Shown here: positions 1-14,136 of the stretch, piece after piece
How the letters are laid out: each line of letters starts with the position of its first letter
How positions within the stretch are numbered: position 1 is the stretch's first letter
NCBI RefSeq assembly: GCF_020745735.1
Contig: NC_083412.1
Coordinates: forward strand, 74,366,320 to 74,430,319
Reading direction: 5' to 3'
DNA length: 64,000 nucleotides
Origin: Hemiscyllium ocellatum
Lineage: Eukaryota
Made by a program: the position numbers and the translations under genes
The notes under the pieces: generated by a model
What the model was told of the DNA's origin: nothing
The model's input: the letters and a program-made list of their open reading frames with translations, nothing else
Database searches by the model: none

Positions 1-2119
1 AAGTCTGTCTACTCCCTAATAACAGGAAGATACCAACATTTTTAATAATAATCAAATGAAAATCCTATAGTACACTAAAAGAATGCACACTCAAAACTAA
101 AAATCGTGTCGTCATGACGTTTACATGTTTCAAAGAGCAATAAAATTTGATAGTTGATAACATTCTGGAACAAATTAAAGAAAACAAATCTGAAAATGAT
201 GGAAATTTGGCTTAAAATCAAAAAATGTTAGAAATACAAAAGAACCTATTAGCACACTTCCTGTTTTAATTTCAAAGTTTTCAGTTTTTTTTACTCTGTT
301 CAATTCATTACATTAGAAAATGTTTTATTTCCATTGCTGATGTAGCTGTGGTTAAACCACCTGAGGGTCAGTCCTGTTACCAGACAAATGAAGCAGTTAC
401 AAAGGTTACTCGTTTGAATAAAGTCCATGGTCATTCAGGGCTGCAGGCCTACCCTGTTTTCCAAATGAAGGGACAAAATCTGCAATGAACTGATGAGATC
501 AAGGAACTGCAAACATTAAAAAAAAATTCAAAGTGAAATTTATCATGGCATGTAGACATAGTACTTGATATGTATTTAAGATCTTCTTTAAAAAATGGTT
601 AGGATTCTTTTTGGATTAACCCCTTTTCCAGTAAAGACCAGTTTTTACATTAACTATTACAAAATACATGCTCTACTTCACATATTTTATACCATTTGGG
701 TGAACAGTCACAACTGCACTGCAGTTTATATTCAGTTTCCTCAGGCAATTGCTATAATGCGAGTATCAGTTTTAGACCTACACCTGGTGATAGTGAAGTG
801 GTGCTGAGGCAGATCAACACTCCTGCATTGATCTCCAGCCAGTGAAAAAAGCGAGCGTTTTGGTGTATAAATTTTGATTTAGCAAAAATCCAGTAAGGCA
901 GACATTGCCAAGATTAAAATTATCAAGTTTGATATAAAGTTAAACTGAACTCTCTCCTTATGGCAATCCCAAGTCTCACATCATTTAATTACATTTGATT
1001 CAAGTACCCCTGCTCCTTACAAAGCGTTGATGCAAAGCCAAAACTGCTTTTGACATCATTATGTGGGATTCTTGAAACCTCTCTTGGATCACTTGCATCA
1101 CTTCAGGTTTACTATTAGATGAATTACATGCATTTTACTTTAAAATGATAGCTTTACCATTGATTTTTTAAAGAAATATATCATTCGTGCTGTCGTCATA
1201 CTTGCTACCTCATGCATATGGCTATTGCATTTTTAAAGCTTGGGTACTAAGGGATTAAGAATGCTTGCATATTCTGTTCTCCACACGCAAGGAGGTTGTT
1301 ATTCCACTCATGAGAAGCTGATACAGCATTGCCTTCTCATCCTGACTAAGTACTGCTGGAACCATTGGCAAACAGTGTTTTGTGAATGACGTTTTACAAA
1401 TAATTATGTGAAGCAACTTACACATGAGTTAAATTAGGGAAGGAGAGGGGAAGTGGTGATGTGGTGGGGGCGAAGGAGATACTTCTTAATGTGACTGTAC
1501 GCCAAAAGTTTTTAAAGTCATTGTAAAGTTAAAATCATCTCTCTTTTGGACACGTACATGGGTTCTGATGTGTGGGCTTGCAGCAAAACATCACGCCTCT
1601 TGCAGCAGCAACTGTTGTGTGATTCTCACAAACCAGGAATGGATGGGTCGAGGAATTAAATGGTTCATAAGGCTTGGATCTCCAAAGAAAATAATGGGAC
1701 TATTAAGAGATCAGATTTAACTCTGGATTATAATTATTTGAATGCTGAAACATCTTAGTCTGTGGGACAGGTACTTTCCAGAGATGTGCCCACCTATCAG
1801 TGGTAATTCATTGCTACAACACTGACAGGATCTTTTGTTTCACACACAGTAAAATTCAGGGGAGATGTACTTTTAATAGACCACTGAAAACACAAACAAA
1901 GCAACCTGTGTTTATTTCTGGAGAGATGGAATTGAAAATGTTATGCTAAATTTATATCAAATCTTGGTTAGATGACACTTTGAGTACCATGTGAGTTTTG
2001 GTTGCCACGTTATAAAAAGGTGTCAGAGGCACTGGAGATAGTTAAAAAAAATGTACAAGGATGAGGATAAGAATAGGTCATTTAGCTCTTTAGGCCTGTT
2101 CTGCTATTCAATAAGATTC

Positions 2120-3955
2120 ACAAATTGAATTGAACTGAACTTAATTTATTGTCATGTGTACCGAGGCACAGTGAAAACCTTTGTCTTCTGAGCAATACAG
2201 GCAGATCACAGAGTTAAATAGCATAGATAAGTAAATAGTAGGTAAACAGCAGCAAAAACAAAAACACGGGTACAGGCGAATGCTAAGTGTTTGTGAGTCC
2301 ATTCAGTATTCTAACACCAGGAGGGTAGAAACTGTTTTGAAACTGGCTGGTGCATGTGCTCAGGCTTCTGTACCTTCTCCCCAATAGTAGAGGTTGTGGA
2401 AAAAATTTGCCAGTGTAGGATGGATCTTTGAGAATGCTGGCAGCCTTTCCTTGATGGTGGGACTGGTAGATGGATTCTAAAGATGGAAGATTGGCCTTTG
2501 TGATTGTCCAGGCCAAGTTCACCACTCTCTGTAACCATCTCCAATCTTGAATGGTACAGTTACCATACCAGGTAGTGATACATCCAGACAGAATGCTCTC
2601 GATGATGCACCTATAAACGTTGGAAAGGATATTCACCGTCATGCCAAATTTCCTCAGCTACCTGAGGAAGAAGAGGCGTTGAGCCTTTGTAACCAGTGTA
2701 TCCACATGAAGAGTCCAAGAAGGCGTGTTGTGGTTGACCACTCCCAGGAGCTTGACACTCTCCACTCATTCCACCTCTGTGCTGTTAATGTGTAGGGGCA
2801 CATGAGTAACATCCTACCGAAAGTCAATAATGAGTTCCCTGGTTTAGCTGGCATTGAGAGCTAGGTTGTTCTCAGTGCACCATTTTTCCAGGTCTTCCAC
2901 CTCCCGCCGGTAGTTTATTTCATCACCATCTGAGATTCAACCAACTATGGTGGTGTCAACAGTGAACTTGTAAATGGCATTAGTCTGGTATTTAGCGATG
3001 CAGTCATGGGTATACAGTGAGTACAGTCGGGGGCTGAGTATGCACCCCTGGGGGGCTCCAGTGTTGAATATTAGTGAGGATAAAATATTGTTCCCAATCT
3101 TCACTGATTGTGGCTTGAGTCAGGAAACTGAGGATCCAGTTGCAGAGAGTGGGGCTTAGTCCGAGATCACTATGTTTAATAATCAGTCTGGAGGGGATAA
3201 TAGTGTTGAAGGCTGAACTGTAGTCAATGAGTAGGATTCTTACGTAGTTGTTCTTGGTGTCAAGGTGTTCTAGGGAGGAGTGAAGGGCAAGTGATATGGC
3301 ATCTGACATGGATCTGTTGGTCTGATAAGCAAATTGGAGTGGATCAAGAGTAGTGGGGAGGCTGGAGTTAAATAATGCCATGACCAGCCTTTCAAAGCAC
3401 TTCATGACTACCGAAGTTAGGGCCACTAGGCAGTGGTCATCGAGACACAGGGATGATGTTGGCCTCTTGAAACAGGCAGGGACAGTGGCCTGCTGCAGGG
3501 AGAGGTTGAAGCTGTCTGAGAAAACCTTTGCCAGTTGATCTGAGCATGCTCTGAGTGCATGGCCTGGTACTCCGTCTGGTCCCATCACTTTCCTTGGATT
3601 CACATGAAGGAAAACTGATCTGACCTCTGATGCAGTCACTATTGGGATAGTTTCGTCAGGACTTGTCAGAATAGGTGTAACCTCTCTGCCAAGATTCTGC
3701 TCAAAGTGAGCATAGAAGGTGATGAGGCAATCTGGGATGGATATATCATCATCTGCTATCTTGCCCTATCTCTTTTTAGAACCTGTGATTTCATTCAGTC
3801 CTTGATATAGTTGCCAGGTGTCTGTCTGGGTCTCTAGTTTGGATCGATATTAGTCCTTGGCTGTCTTAATGCTCTGTGAACGTCATGCTTGGATTCCTTA
3901 TATTTGAGTGGGTCTCTTGATCTGAGGCCTCGTGCCTGGTTTTTAGGAGGTTCTT
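2120..3955 (-). mobile_element. Rex1/Babar-clade non-LTR retrotransposon, 5'-truncated and decayed
   Basis: ORF 3004..3639 has GPDGVPGHALRAC, VALTSVVMKCFERLV, LDPLQFAY and ILLIDYSSAFNTIIP. ORF 2283..2642 is the typical C-terminus (YRCIIESILSGCITTWYGNC...FQNSFYP). The 3' tail with AATAAA and (TTCAA)-like repeats lies at ~2122-2150. Confidence 0.9.
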
Positions 3956-4684
3956 TTGCAGGATCATAGCTGTGACCTAATCTTTGACCTAATTTCATTT
4001 ACAAAAGCTGACTATTCCCCAATTTCTTTAATATCTTTGTCTGAACTAGTCAAAACAATCATTTAACTATTTGGCATACAAGGTGATGGGCCAAGTGCAA
4101 GAAAATGGGATTAGAATAGTTATTTTATTTTTGACTGGCTGGGCTCAATGGGCTGAAGATGATTTCTTTGTGCTGCAGACCACTATGATTCTATCTTAAC
4201 AGAATGGTGGCAATATTGCAATTAATTCAATAAAGTCAATTCATTGCCATTAAAGGCAACCTTCCCATAAATGAAACTGCTTGCTTTCAAGTATAATTAC
4301 CTGAAAAAATTCAATGGGACATGAAGATGGAAATCTTGGCAAGAAACTGGTGCCTTCATGATATTATGTTAATATATTATACCTCACAGTAATGATTTTG
4401 TTATCTAGCTAAGAGTATTTTCCTCCTTTGTACACATTAAAACCATTGCAGCATTAATCTGATTTTTACTTTAATAGAATAGCAACGTTTGTTGACACAA
4501 TTTCAGTCTTTGTGTTCTATCTGAACAATCTCATATGGTAGTAAAGAAAATCATGATGTTCTTGGGAATGATTTATGACACTGTTCAGTTGAGCCTGAAA
4601 GTGGGATACAGAATGCAGGAGAGAACTGACAACATACACAGCCTGTGGCATCAGTGCAAGAAGCAGGGGTCAGCAGCAGCGGTA

Positions 4685-5839
4685 TGGTTCTCCATGTTCA
4701 ATAGGAGATACAAATAGATGCTTAGAACTCTCACGGAACTCACCGGCTCCTCACAAAGCTATCAGGGACACTAAGAGACAATACTAGACTAAACCAGAAC
4801 CCCAGATTAACCACACGAACACATGTTGACTATAGCAAGGCTTACATGATATAATAGGCTACAAAGCAAAGTTGAATAGAATCACTGACAACATTTCATT
4901 CTTCCCCAATGAGCTCAATGCATTCTACGCTTGCTTTAAACAGAAGGTCAGTGAAATGACCGAGCAGCCTCAGGTGCACTGATAGCTACAGTCACTGCCG
5001 TCGGTGTCAGACCAGCCTTCTTGAGAGTAATCCCACAGAAAGCAAGTGGCATGAATGGAGTGCCTGGTGGTGCACACAGATCGTGTTTGGAACAGCTGGT
5101 GACAGTGTTTGCAGGCACCTTTAACCTCTCCTTATTAGGATGTAAAATTCTCACTTGCTTCAGAAGACCACTATCATCCCGGTACAAATAAAAATCAGGC
5201 AATATGCCTAAACACTACAGCCTGGTGGATCTGACAGTCATCATTATAAGTGCTTTGATAGGTTAGTAATCATGCACACCAACTCCAGTCTCCCAGATTG
5301 CCTTATCTACTATAACTCACCTACTATTGTAATTGGTCTATGGCAAATGCCACTACCCTGGCCCTACACTCATCTTTGCAACATCTGGGTAACAAGAACA
5401 CCTATGTCAGACTCCTATTTATTGACTTTAGCTCCAACATCATAATTCCAATCAAACTTGGAGACCTAGAAGTCTACTCCCCCCTGCAACTGGGCTCTTG
5501 ACTTCCTGACTCACTGACCACCATCAGTAAGAATAGGCAACAATACCTCCTCCACAATAATCCTCAATACCAGTGCCCCATAACACTGCATACTCAACAC
5601 CTTACTATATTCCTTATATACTCACAACTGTGTGGCCAAATTCTGTTCCAACTCCATTTACAAGTTTGCTGATGACACCACAGTAGTGGGTTGCATCTCA
5701 AACAATGACGAAACAGGGTTTGGAAAGAGATAGATAGCTTAGTGATATGATATAAAGACAATAATCGCTTGCTCAATGTCAGCAAAATGAAGGAACTAGT
5801 CACTAACTTCAGGAAGTAAAGTGGAGGACATCCCACCGC

Positions 5840-5875
<36 letters not shown>

Positions 5876-6436
5876 TCTGGATCAATGGTGCTGAGGTAGA
5901 GCAAATTTGGCATGTCCACAATGACTCTTACCAATTTTTATAGATGCACCATAGAAAGCATCCCATCCAGATGCATCACAGCTTGGTATGGCAATCGCAG
6001 TGAACAAGACCAAAAGAAAATATAGAGAGTTGTGAACACAGCCCAGTCTGTCACAAAAACCAGCCTTCCTTCCATTGACTCTGTCTACGCATCCTGCTGC
6101 CTTGGGAGAGCAGCTAACATAATCAAACACCCCTCCCAACCTGGTTGTACTCTCTTCCATCCTCTTTCATCAGTTTGAAGATGCAAAAGTTTGAAATCAT
6201 GTACCAATAGATTCGAGAACAGTTTCTTCCCCAGTGTTTTCAGACTTATGAATGAACCTCTCATATTAGAGTTGATCTTCCTCTGCAACTTCTTTGTGGC
6301 TCTAACTCTATATTCTTCATTCTGCTCTGTTATTTTGATGTACTTATGTAAGGTATGATTTATCAGGATAGCACTCAAAATAATACTTTTTATTGTATCT
6401 TGGTACATTAACAACAATAAATCAAATCAAATCAAA
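4685..6436 (+). mobile_element. Rex1/Babar-clade non-LTR retrotransposon, decayed
   Basis: Frameshifted RT motifs are visible (attgactttagctcc, aagtttgctgatgacacc = KFADDT at ~5662). The 3' end reads caataaatcaaatcaaatcaaa. Same clade as 2120-3955. Confidence 0.85.
5841..5874. repeat. C34 homopolymer inside the Rex1 element
   Basis: 34 consecutive C counted directly. Confidence 0.95.
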
Positions 6437-6649
6437 TGGTAATGCCATGTAATCAGTGCTGCAATACAAGGTGCCACTGCACATCAGAATGAAGGTTTGT
6501 GTTTCAGAACTCCATATAATTATTTCTTAGTCTTGCACCAGGTATTGGAGACAGAATTTAAAAAATGAAGATAAAGTGATAAATGTATTGTTCTACAAAC
6601 TTCCTAGATCTGCATTAATGAAAACCAACATGAAATCCTCACTTTACTT

Positions 6650-7008
6650 CGTGAAACATGTAGCATTCTTATGGGGCTTGACAGGGTAAATGCTGAGAAG
6701 CTGTTTTCCTCAACAGAGCATCTATAACAAGAGAATATAGTCTCAGAATGAAGGGGTACTAATTTAAGACTGTGATAAGGAGGAATTTCTACTCTCTGAG
6801 GATTGAGTCTTTGGAACTCCCTATCACAGAGAGCCATGGGGGCAGAGCCCTTGTGCATACGTAAGGCTGAGATAGATAGATTCTTGGTCAGTATGGGGTT
6901 TAAAGGCCACAGTGTAAAGACAGGAAAGTGGATATGAGGAATGTTGGATTTTTTTGAATGCTGGAGCAGGAGCAAATGGCCTGCCCCATTCCTATTTCTT
7001 ATGGTCTT
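6650..7008 (+). mobile_element. CR1-type LINE 3' fragment
   Basis: Decayed C-terminal CR1 ORF2 (aggaatttctactctctgagg...tggaactccctatcacagag) and CR1 3' UTR ending tttcttatggtctta. Confidence 0.7.
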
Positions 7009-7340
7009 AACACCTCATTTTAAGGTTTTTTTTAAGGGATCATTCTGTATTGTACCAACCAATTTACAGGCTGAAAGGTGTTTAAAATTACTCTTCAGTG
7101 CTCACTCACTGCCAAATGTTGGTTTTATTACAAGTAGTTTCCATGCTCTTTTCTCCATTGCTTTCTGTAATATTTTATTGTAACTGTTATAATTCAATTG
7201 TTCTATTACTAATCATAAGTATGGGAGAATAGACGTCATCATAATCTGGTTACTTCAAGTGGAATTTAGTAAACCATTAAAACGTGAAAATAAAGTTATG
7301 TCAATTGTCTCCTTGTTTCTTTCATTTATATTAGTCTAGT

Positions 7341-7652
7341 GGGCGGCACGGTGGCACAGTGGTTAGCACTGCTGCCTCACAGCGCCAGAAACCCGGATTC
7401 AATTCCCGACTCAGGCGACTGACTGTGTGGAGTTTGCACATTCTCCCCGTGTCTTGCGTGGGTTTCCTCCGGGTACTCCGGTTTCCTCCCACAGTCCAAA
7501 GATGTGTGGGTCAGGTGGATTGGCCATGCTAAATTGCCCGTGGTGTTAGGTAAGAGGGTAAATGTAGGGGAATGGGTGGGTTGCGCTTCGCCGGGTCGGT
7601 GTGGACTTGTAGGGCCGAAGGGCCTGTTTCCACACTGTAAGTAATCTAATCT
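7341..7652 (+). mobile_element. HE1-type V-SINE (tRNA-derived shark SINE), full length
   Basis: Pol III A box (tggcacagtgg), B box (gattcaattcc), V-domain (gtgtggagtttgcacattctcccc...ggtttcctcccaca) and CR1/HER1-like tail gggccgaagggcctgtttccacactgt(aatct)n. Possible TSD tctagt. Confidence 0.92.
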
Positions 7653-8044
7653 AGTTTAGAATGTGCTTGCAGAAATGTGTTATGGGTAGAAACAGACTCT
7701 TTCCTCAAGATGTGGAGAAGTAAGCTATATATCTTCTCTCTTTACTCAATATCAATATGACAAACTTGACAACTTAAGGAACCTGGCCTGGGTTTAGTAG
7801 TTCATGCTTTTAAGTATTAGTGGCCAAGATGGTGGAAAATGGACATGTTTAGAGTATTCACATCTAGTGAGGTAACATTCCACAGAAGTTACTCCCATCA
7901 GTGGGAAAGCAATGGAATGCAACCATCTTCCATCCAGGCTGAAGACCCTGGTATAAATTTTATGCGTAACATCATTCGAGTTCATGGATTATTCATCCAG
8001 TGCCTACCAGGGAAATTCAGCTGCAGCTGGCCCAATCCAATCTC

Positions 8045-8710
8045 ATAACAAACCATGGTACCAAATTAAACTAGTCCCACCTGCCCACATTTGGCCCATA
8101 TCACTCTATATACTTCTTATTCATGTACATATACAAATTTTTTTATACATTATAACTGTACTCACATCCATCACTTCTTCTGGAAGTTTATTCCATATAC
8201 AATCTACTCTCTGAGCTAAAAAAAAGTGTCCCTCATGTTTTTTTTTAAATCGTTCTCTCCTTACTTTAAAAAATATGCTCCCTGGTCTTGAAATCCCCCA
8301 TCTTAGAGAAAAGACACCTACCATTCACCTTATCTATAGCCCTCGTGATTTAGGAACCTCTATAAGGTCACCCTTTATCTCCTGTGCTCCAGTGAAAAAA
8401 GTCACAGTCTATCCAGCTTCTCCTTATAACTCAAACCTTCCATTCTCAGAAATGTCCAAGTCATGTCTTTCTGAATCCCTTCCAGCTTAATAATATCCTT
8501 CCTATAACAGAGCAACTAGAACTGGAGACAGTACTCCAGACGAGGCCTCAGCAATCTCTTGTACAATTTCAAAGGTTTGAACAATGAAAGCAAGCATGCT
8601 AAATGCCTACTTAATCACCCTGTTTAAATGTGATGCAGACTTCAAAAAATTATGAGCCTGAACCCCTGGGTCTCTCTGTTCCGCAACACTACTCAAGCCC
8701 CTACTTCTAA
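8045..8710 (-). mobile_element. CR1 (HER1-like) LINE 3' fragment
   Basis: ORF 8121..8324 RRERFKK...FFLAQRVDCIWNKLPEEV is the CR1 ORF2 C-terminus. Confidence 0.8.
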
Positions 8711-8791
8711 TTATATTTATATACCACGTGTAATTAAAAAGGTCAATAGTACTTCACAAGAGTGTTAGAAAACAAATCTAAATAAGAATCA

Positions 8792-9113
8792 ACACGGCGA
8801 CTCAGTGGTTAGCACTACTGCCTCGCAGCGCCAGGGACCCAGATTTGATTGCCGCTTCAGGTGACTGTGTGTGTTTGCACATTCTCCCCTTGTCTGTGTG
8901 GGTTTCCTCCGGGTGCTCTGGTTTCCTCCCACAATCCAAAGATGTGCAGGTTAGGTGAATTGTCCATGCTAAATTGCCCACAGTGTCCAGGGATGTGTAG
9001 GTTAGGTGCATCAGTTATGAGTAAATGTAGAGCAATTGGGTATAGTTAGTCTTTGGAGTGTTGGTGACTTTTTGGGCCTAATGTCCTGTTTCCACACTGT
9101 AGGGATTCTATGA
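8792..9113 (+). mobile_element. HE1-type V-SINE, older variant
   Basis: tRNA-like head, V-domain and tail cctgtttccacactgtagggattctatga. Confidence 0.88.
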
Positions 9114-9424
9114 ATTATTTGGTCAGATGACTGAAAGCTTAGTCAAAGTTTAAACAGAGTGAAAAAAATTACATCCCTCAAGGTTACAGTGAATGGATTC
9201 TGGATGACCAGTCAGAAATAATGAGTTCTTGAAGGAGCAAAGGTATGAGTAAGTTGTTCAGCAGCAGATTATCTGAGACAAGGGCAAAGTTAGTAACATT
9301 ATGGAGGTGCAAATTGAGGACCTTAGTGATGTTGTAAATATGTAGCAAAGGTGACATTTTGACTATTGCATACACTTCCAGCTGACAAATCCTACATTTT
9401 GTTATCAACATCTTTGTGACATTT

Positions 9425-12000
9425 TGCGTCAATACTGGATGACTAGAGATATCAAGGTACTGATCAAGAAAAAGAAGAAGGCATATGTCAGGTATAGGAT
9501 GGATCAAGTGAATTCCTTCAAGAGTACAGTGGGTGTGGAAGTACATTTGAGAGGGAAATTGGGAGGGCAAAAAAGGGGACATGAGATAATTCTGGTAGAT
9601 AAGGTAAAGGAGAATCTAAAGAAATATTAAGGACAAAAGTGTAACTAGGGAAAGATTATACATCTATGTGTGGAGCAAAGGAGATGGGTCAGATCCTAAA
9701 TGAATATTTCTCATCAGTATTTACCATGGAAAAAGACATGGCTGCTAGGGAACTTGGGTGAATAAATGTGATGTCTTTAAAAGAGTCCACAATTCAGAAG
9801 AGGTGAGATGCTGGAGACCTTAAAACACATAAAGGCAGATAAATCTCCAGGATCTGATCAAATGTACCCCAAGACATTGTGGGAAGCCATGGAAGAAATT
9901 GCAGGACCCCTAGCAGCGATATTTGTATCATCGATGGTCATGGATGAAGTACTGCAAGACTGGAGGGTGGCTAATGTTGTGCCTCTATTTAAGAAAGATT
10001 GCAAGGAAAAGCCAGAGAATTATTGACCAGTGAGCCCAATGTCAGTGGTGGGTATGTTTTTGGAGGAGATTCTGAGAGACAGAGTCTACATGCAATTGGA
10101 TAGGCAAGGACTGATTAGGGATATTCAGCATGACTTTGTGTGGGAAATTGTTTCACAAATTTGATTGAAATTTTTGAAGAAGTGACCAACAAGATAGATG
10201 AAGGCAGAGCAGTAGACGTTGTCTACATGGACTTTAATAAGGCCTTCAACAAGGATCCATAGGGTAGACTGGTTAGTAAGGTTAGATCACATAGAATCCA
10301 AGAAAAGCTGGCTAATTGGATACAAAATTAGCTTGACAGTAGGAAACAGAGGTGGTGGTAGAGGATTATTGTTCAGACTGGAGGCCTGTAACCCGTGGTG
10401 TGCCACAAGGTTCGGTACTGATTCCACTGTTGCTCATAATTTATGTACATAATTTGAATGACAATATAAGAGGCAAGGTTAGTAAGTTTGTGAATGACAC
10501 CTAAATTGAATGTACAGTGGACAGTGAAGAAGTTTATCTAAGAGTACAATGGGATCTTGATCAACTGGACCAGTTGGTCAAGCAATAGCAGATGAAGTTT
10601 AATGCAGATAAAAGCGGTTACCAATGGTGTATCACAAGGGTCGGTGTTGGGTCCACTGCTGTTCATCATTTTTATAAACAACCTGGATGAGGGCGTAGAA
10701 GGGTGGGTTAGTAAATTTGCAGACGACACTAAGGTCGGTGGAGTTGTGGATAGCGACAAAGGATGTTATAGGTTACAGAGAGACATAGACAAGTTGCAGA
10801 GCTGGGCTGAGAGTTGGCAAATGGAGTTTAATGCGGACAAGTGTGGGGTGATTCACTTTGGTTGGAGTAAAACCGGAATGCAAAGTACTGGGCTAATGGT
10901 AAGATTCTTGGTAGTGTAGATGAGCAGAGAGATTTCGGTGTTCAGGTACACAGGTCCTTGAAAGTTGCCATCCAGGTTGACAGGGTTGTTAAGAAGGCAT
11001 ACAGTGTTTTAGCTTTCATTAATAGAGGGATCGTGTTCTAGAACCATGAGGTTATGCTATAGCTGTACAAAACTCTAGTGTGGCCGCACATGGAGTATTG
11101 TGTACAGTTCTGGTCACCGCATTATAAGAGGGATGTGGCAGCTTTGGAAAGGGTGCAGAGGAGATTTACTAGGATGTTGCCTGGTATGGAGGGAAGGTCT
11201 TATGAGGAAAGGCTGAGGGACTTGAGGCTGTTTTCATTAGAGAGAAGAAGGTTGAGAGGTGACTTAATAGAGACATATAAGATAATCAGAGGGTTAGATA
11301 GGGTGGGCAGGGAGAGCCTTCTTCCAAGAATGGTGCCAGCGAGCACGAAGGGGCATAGCTTTAAATTTAGGGGTGATAGATATAGGACAGATATCAGAGG
11401 TAGTTTCTTTACTCAGAGAGTAGTAAGGGTATGGAATGCTTTGCCTGCAATGGTAGTAGATTCTCCAACTTTAAGTACATTTAAGTTGTCATTGGACAAG
11501 CATATGGACGTACATGGAATAGTGTAGGTTAGATGGACTTCAGATTGGTATGACAGGTTGGCGCAACATTGAGGGCCGATGGGCCTGTACTGCGCTGTAA
11601 TGTTCTGTGTTCTATATTCTATGTCCTATGTTGCATTTTAGTAAAACAAACTAGGCGCAACTTACACAATTAATGACAACCATGAGGGTGTTGTCAAACA
11701 GAGAAATCCAAGGGTGCAAATACCTGGTCACTTGATAATGGTGTTACAGGTAGAAAGGGTAGTGAAGTAGGTATTTGATACCCTTGCCTTCATATCAGTC
11801 AGAGCATCAAGTACAAGATTTGAGACATCATGTTACAACTATAAAAGACATTGGTAAGGCCACATTTGGAGTACTGCATACAAATCTGGCCACCCTGCTA
11901 TAGGAGGGATGATATTAAACAGAAAATGGTGCAGGAATAATTTACAAAAATATTGCTGAGACTGGAAGGTGTGAATTATAAGAAGAGGCTAGGACTTTTT
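9425..12000 (+). mobile_element. Older CR1 LINE (RT region) interrupted by a younger CR1 copy at 10613-11630
   Basis: ORF 9808..10026 DKSPGSDQMYPKTLWE...DWRVANVVPLFKK...PENY. The host sequence resumes colinearly at ~11631 (ttgcattttagtaaaacaaac). Confidence 0.85.
10613..11630 (+). mobile_element. Young CR1/HER1-type LINE, 5'-truncated
   Basis: ORF 10602..10919 GVSQGSVLGPLLFIIFINNL...KFADDTK. ORF 11078..11527 YCVQFWSPHY...LERVQRRFTRMLPG...FFTQRVVRVWNALP. (TTCTATG)n tail. Confidence 0.93.
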
Positions 12001-12007
12001 CCCTGAG

Positions 12008-12190
12008 GAATGCCATCACTTGCAAGTTCCCCATGAAAAATCCTGGACCGCCCTTTCTAAATACATACCTTAATTACCTACTGAAAGGACTGCAGTGGTT
12101 CAAGAAAACAACTCACCACCATCTCCTCTCGGCAAATTAGGAATGGCGGTAAATGCTGGCCCAACCTGTGACATCCACATCTCATGAAGA
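12008..12190 (+). mobile_element. 3' end of second CR1/L2-group LINE family ('family B')
   Basis: ggactgcagtggttcaagaa...caccaccatct...aaatgctggccc...acatc...catgaa. The same terminus recurs at 23183, 25700-25895, 34800-34910, 44800 and 49092-49170. Confidence 0.7.
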
Positions 12191-14136
12191 AATATATAAG
12201 GATTTAGATACATTCTTTTCTTAACAATTCTCACACAGGAGAATTGATCATGATCACAGCATTCACAATAATTACTAGATTTAAATGCTTCAGTACTTCG
12301 AATTGTTGTTATGAGTAGGAGGGGAGACTGTGTGCATTATCAATTAGAAGATTGCCTTTCCTTGAAGTAGAGAAAAGATGAAGAAAGAAAGGGATGTGCA
12401 AGTGATGATTTATTGGCAGGAAAGAGATCCAGAAAGCAGTATTCTCATGTTATACATGGAAATAATTACAATTATCTTACACCAGCTTACTCATGTACAA
12501 TGGGAGAATGCGAGTACAGTATAGAAATTCATTACATTGTAATTATACGCTCCCACCAGCATCTTTGTTTTCTACAGTCTAGCTCCTTAACCTGTCATCC
12601 AATTTCTCTGCCTCCCAAATTGCTTTTTATTGATATTAAACCAACATATCACTTAAGGATAGAATCTATCACTTTGAAATGCAGTCTGATTTACATGATT
12701 TAGTTTAATTCTCCCTTGCTTGCTAACACACACTACCTGAAGCAATGTCATAGAAGGTCATGGTAAGTTAGAGAAAATAAAGTACTGTACTTCAGCAATG
12801 TTCTATTAATTGTAATTTCAATTAGTTTATTATAATTAAATACTAGGATGAAATTAATCTGGTTGAACTGAATGTTTAACACCATTGATTTATATGGGCA
12901 ATAGTTCCTCACAATATTTTAAAAGAGTATAAGCCATAGTCTGTTCATGTTAGATAATCATTATTGCAGTTAATGGAATGAGACTGTAAAAGGCTTCTTA
13001 AGAGGAATAGGTATAAATATATTAAAAATATTAATGTATATAGCTTATCAACCTATGCCATTTTCATTGGGGATGTATCAAAATTGTCTTTGAGCTTTCT
13101 TGAATTCAGAAATACATGGAACTTTATATAACATGCCAATAAATGTGGGGTCCCTCCCAATTTTAATGTTCTGCATGTTTTATTCACTAAAGTTCTTGAA
13201 AAGGTCATGCTCTCAAGTTCCTTTGTATCCTTGTGTTAAGGTCCTTTTTTTTTGCACTGTAATAATCCAATAATCTTCATTACAGGAACAAGAGGATTGA
13301 ATTGCAAAAGGCAAACAATGTTTTGTAGCAATTCAAAGTGATAAGGTTTTCAGCAGTTTTTAGAATATTGAACATGACCTGCAATTGTACGTCAATCTCT
13401 CCAGTTTAGATATTCACCACTCCCTTTTTCTCAACTCTGTGATTAATGCTCTTTGAATAAATTCAATGACATCCAGGTCATTTTATCTGCAACTTCACTT
13501 TTTAAAGTTTCCTTACATAATTCTGTTAACCTGTTTTCCTAACATTCTCCTGGATTTCACTTACTGACTTCCCTTCAGTTAGAACAGCTTAATTTGCTCT
13601 CAAAAACACAATAGCACAGGCAGCCGCAGAACCTTCTCACCCTCAAATACTTGAGGTCTCAATTTACGCTCATGGTTAGGTTACTCCTCAAATGGTTAGT
13701 TTCACTCAGGGTTGCCTCTGTACTGTGCTTAAATTCTCAGCACAGTTTTATTAGGCTAGATCTGCTTCCAGATGGATTTAATACATTTTAAGGAGAATAC
13801 AACTTATTCATATGCAAGCTACTTTAGCATTTATGATTCCACATTGTCTCCAGATATTCTCATACTTCACAAAATGCTTGAAATTCAGCTAATGTTTTGA
13901 CTGACTGCAGGTTTAGAAGCCTTATTTGCTGGTATACATGTGTTAAATTCATAAAAGTGGTACTCACTAAATCCTGGAGTTTCCACTAGATGCTTTTTCA
14001 TAATCACAATCCTAATTTAGTTTGGAATACTTGTAATGCTCTTTTTTTAAATATCTCAATTTGATATTGCTATCAACACATCTGCTTGCAAGAAACACGT
14101 GCTATTATATAGTGAATAGAACATTATCAGGCTAAG

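Noticed and set aside
3004-3639. 211-aa RT-like ORF as a functional or domesticated gene
   Set aside because: It is part of a truncated Rex1 copy with an internal deletion and frameshifts on both sides.
7341-7415. tRNA gene (also 15761, 32490 and others)
   Set aside because: These are tRNA-like SINE heads that continue into the V-domain and LINE tail, with no complete cloverleaf.
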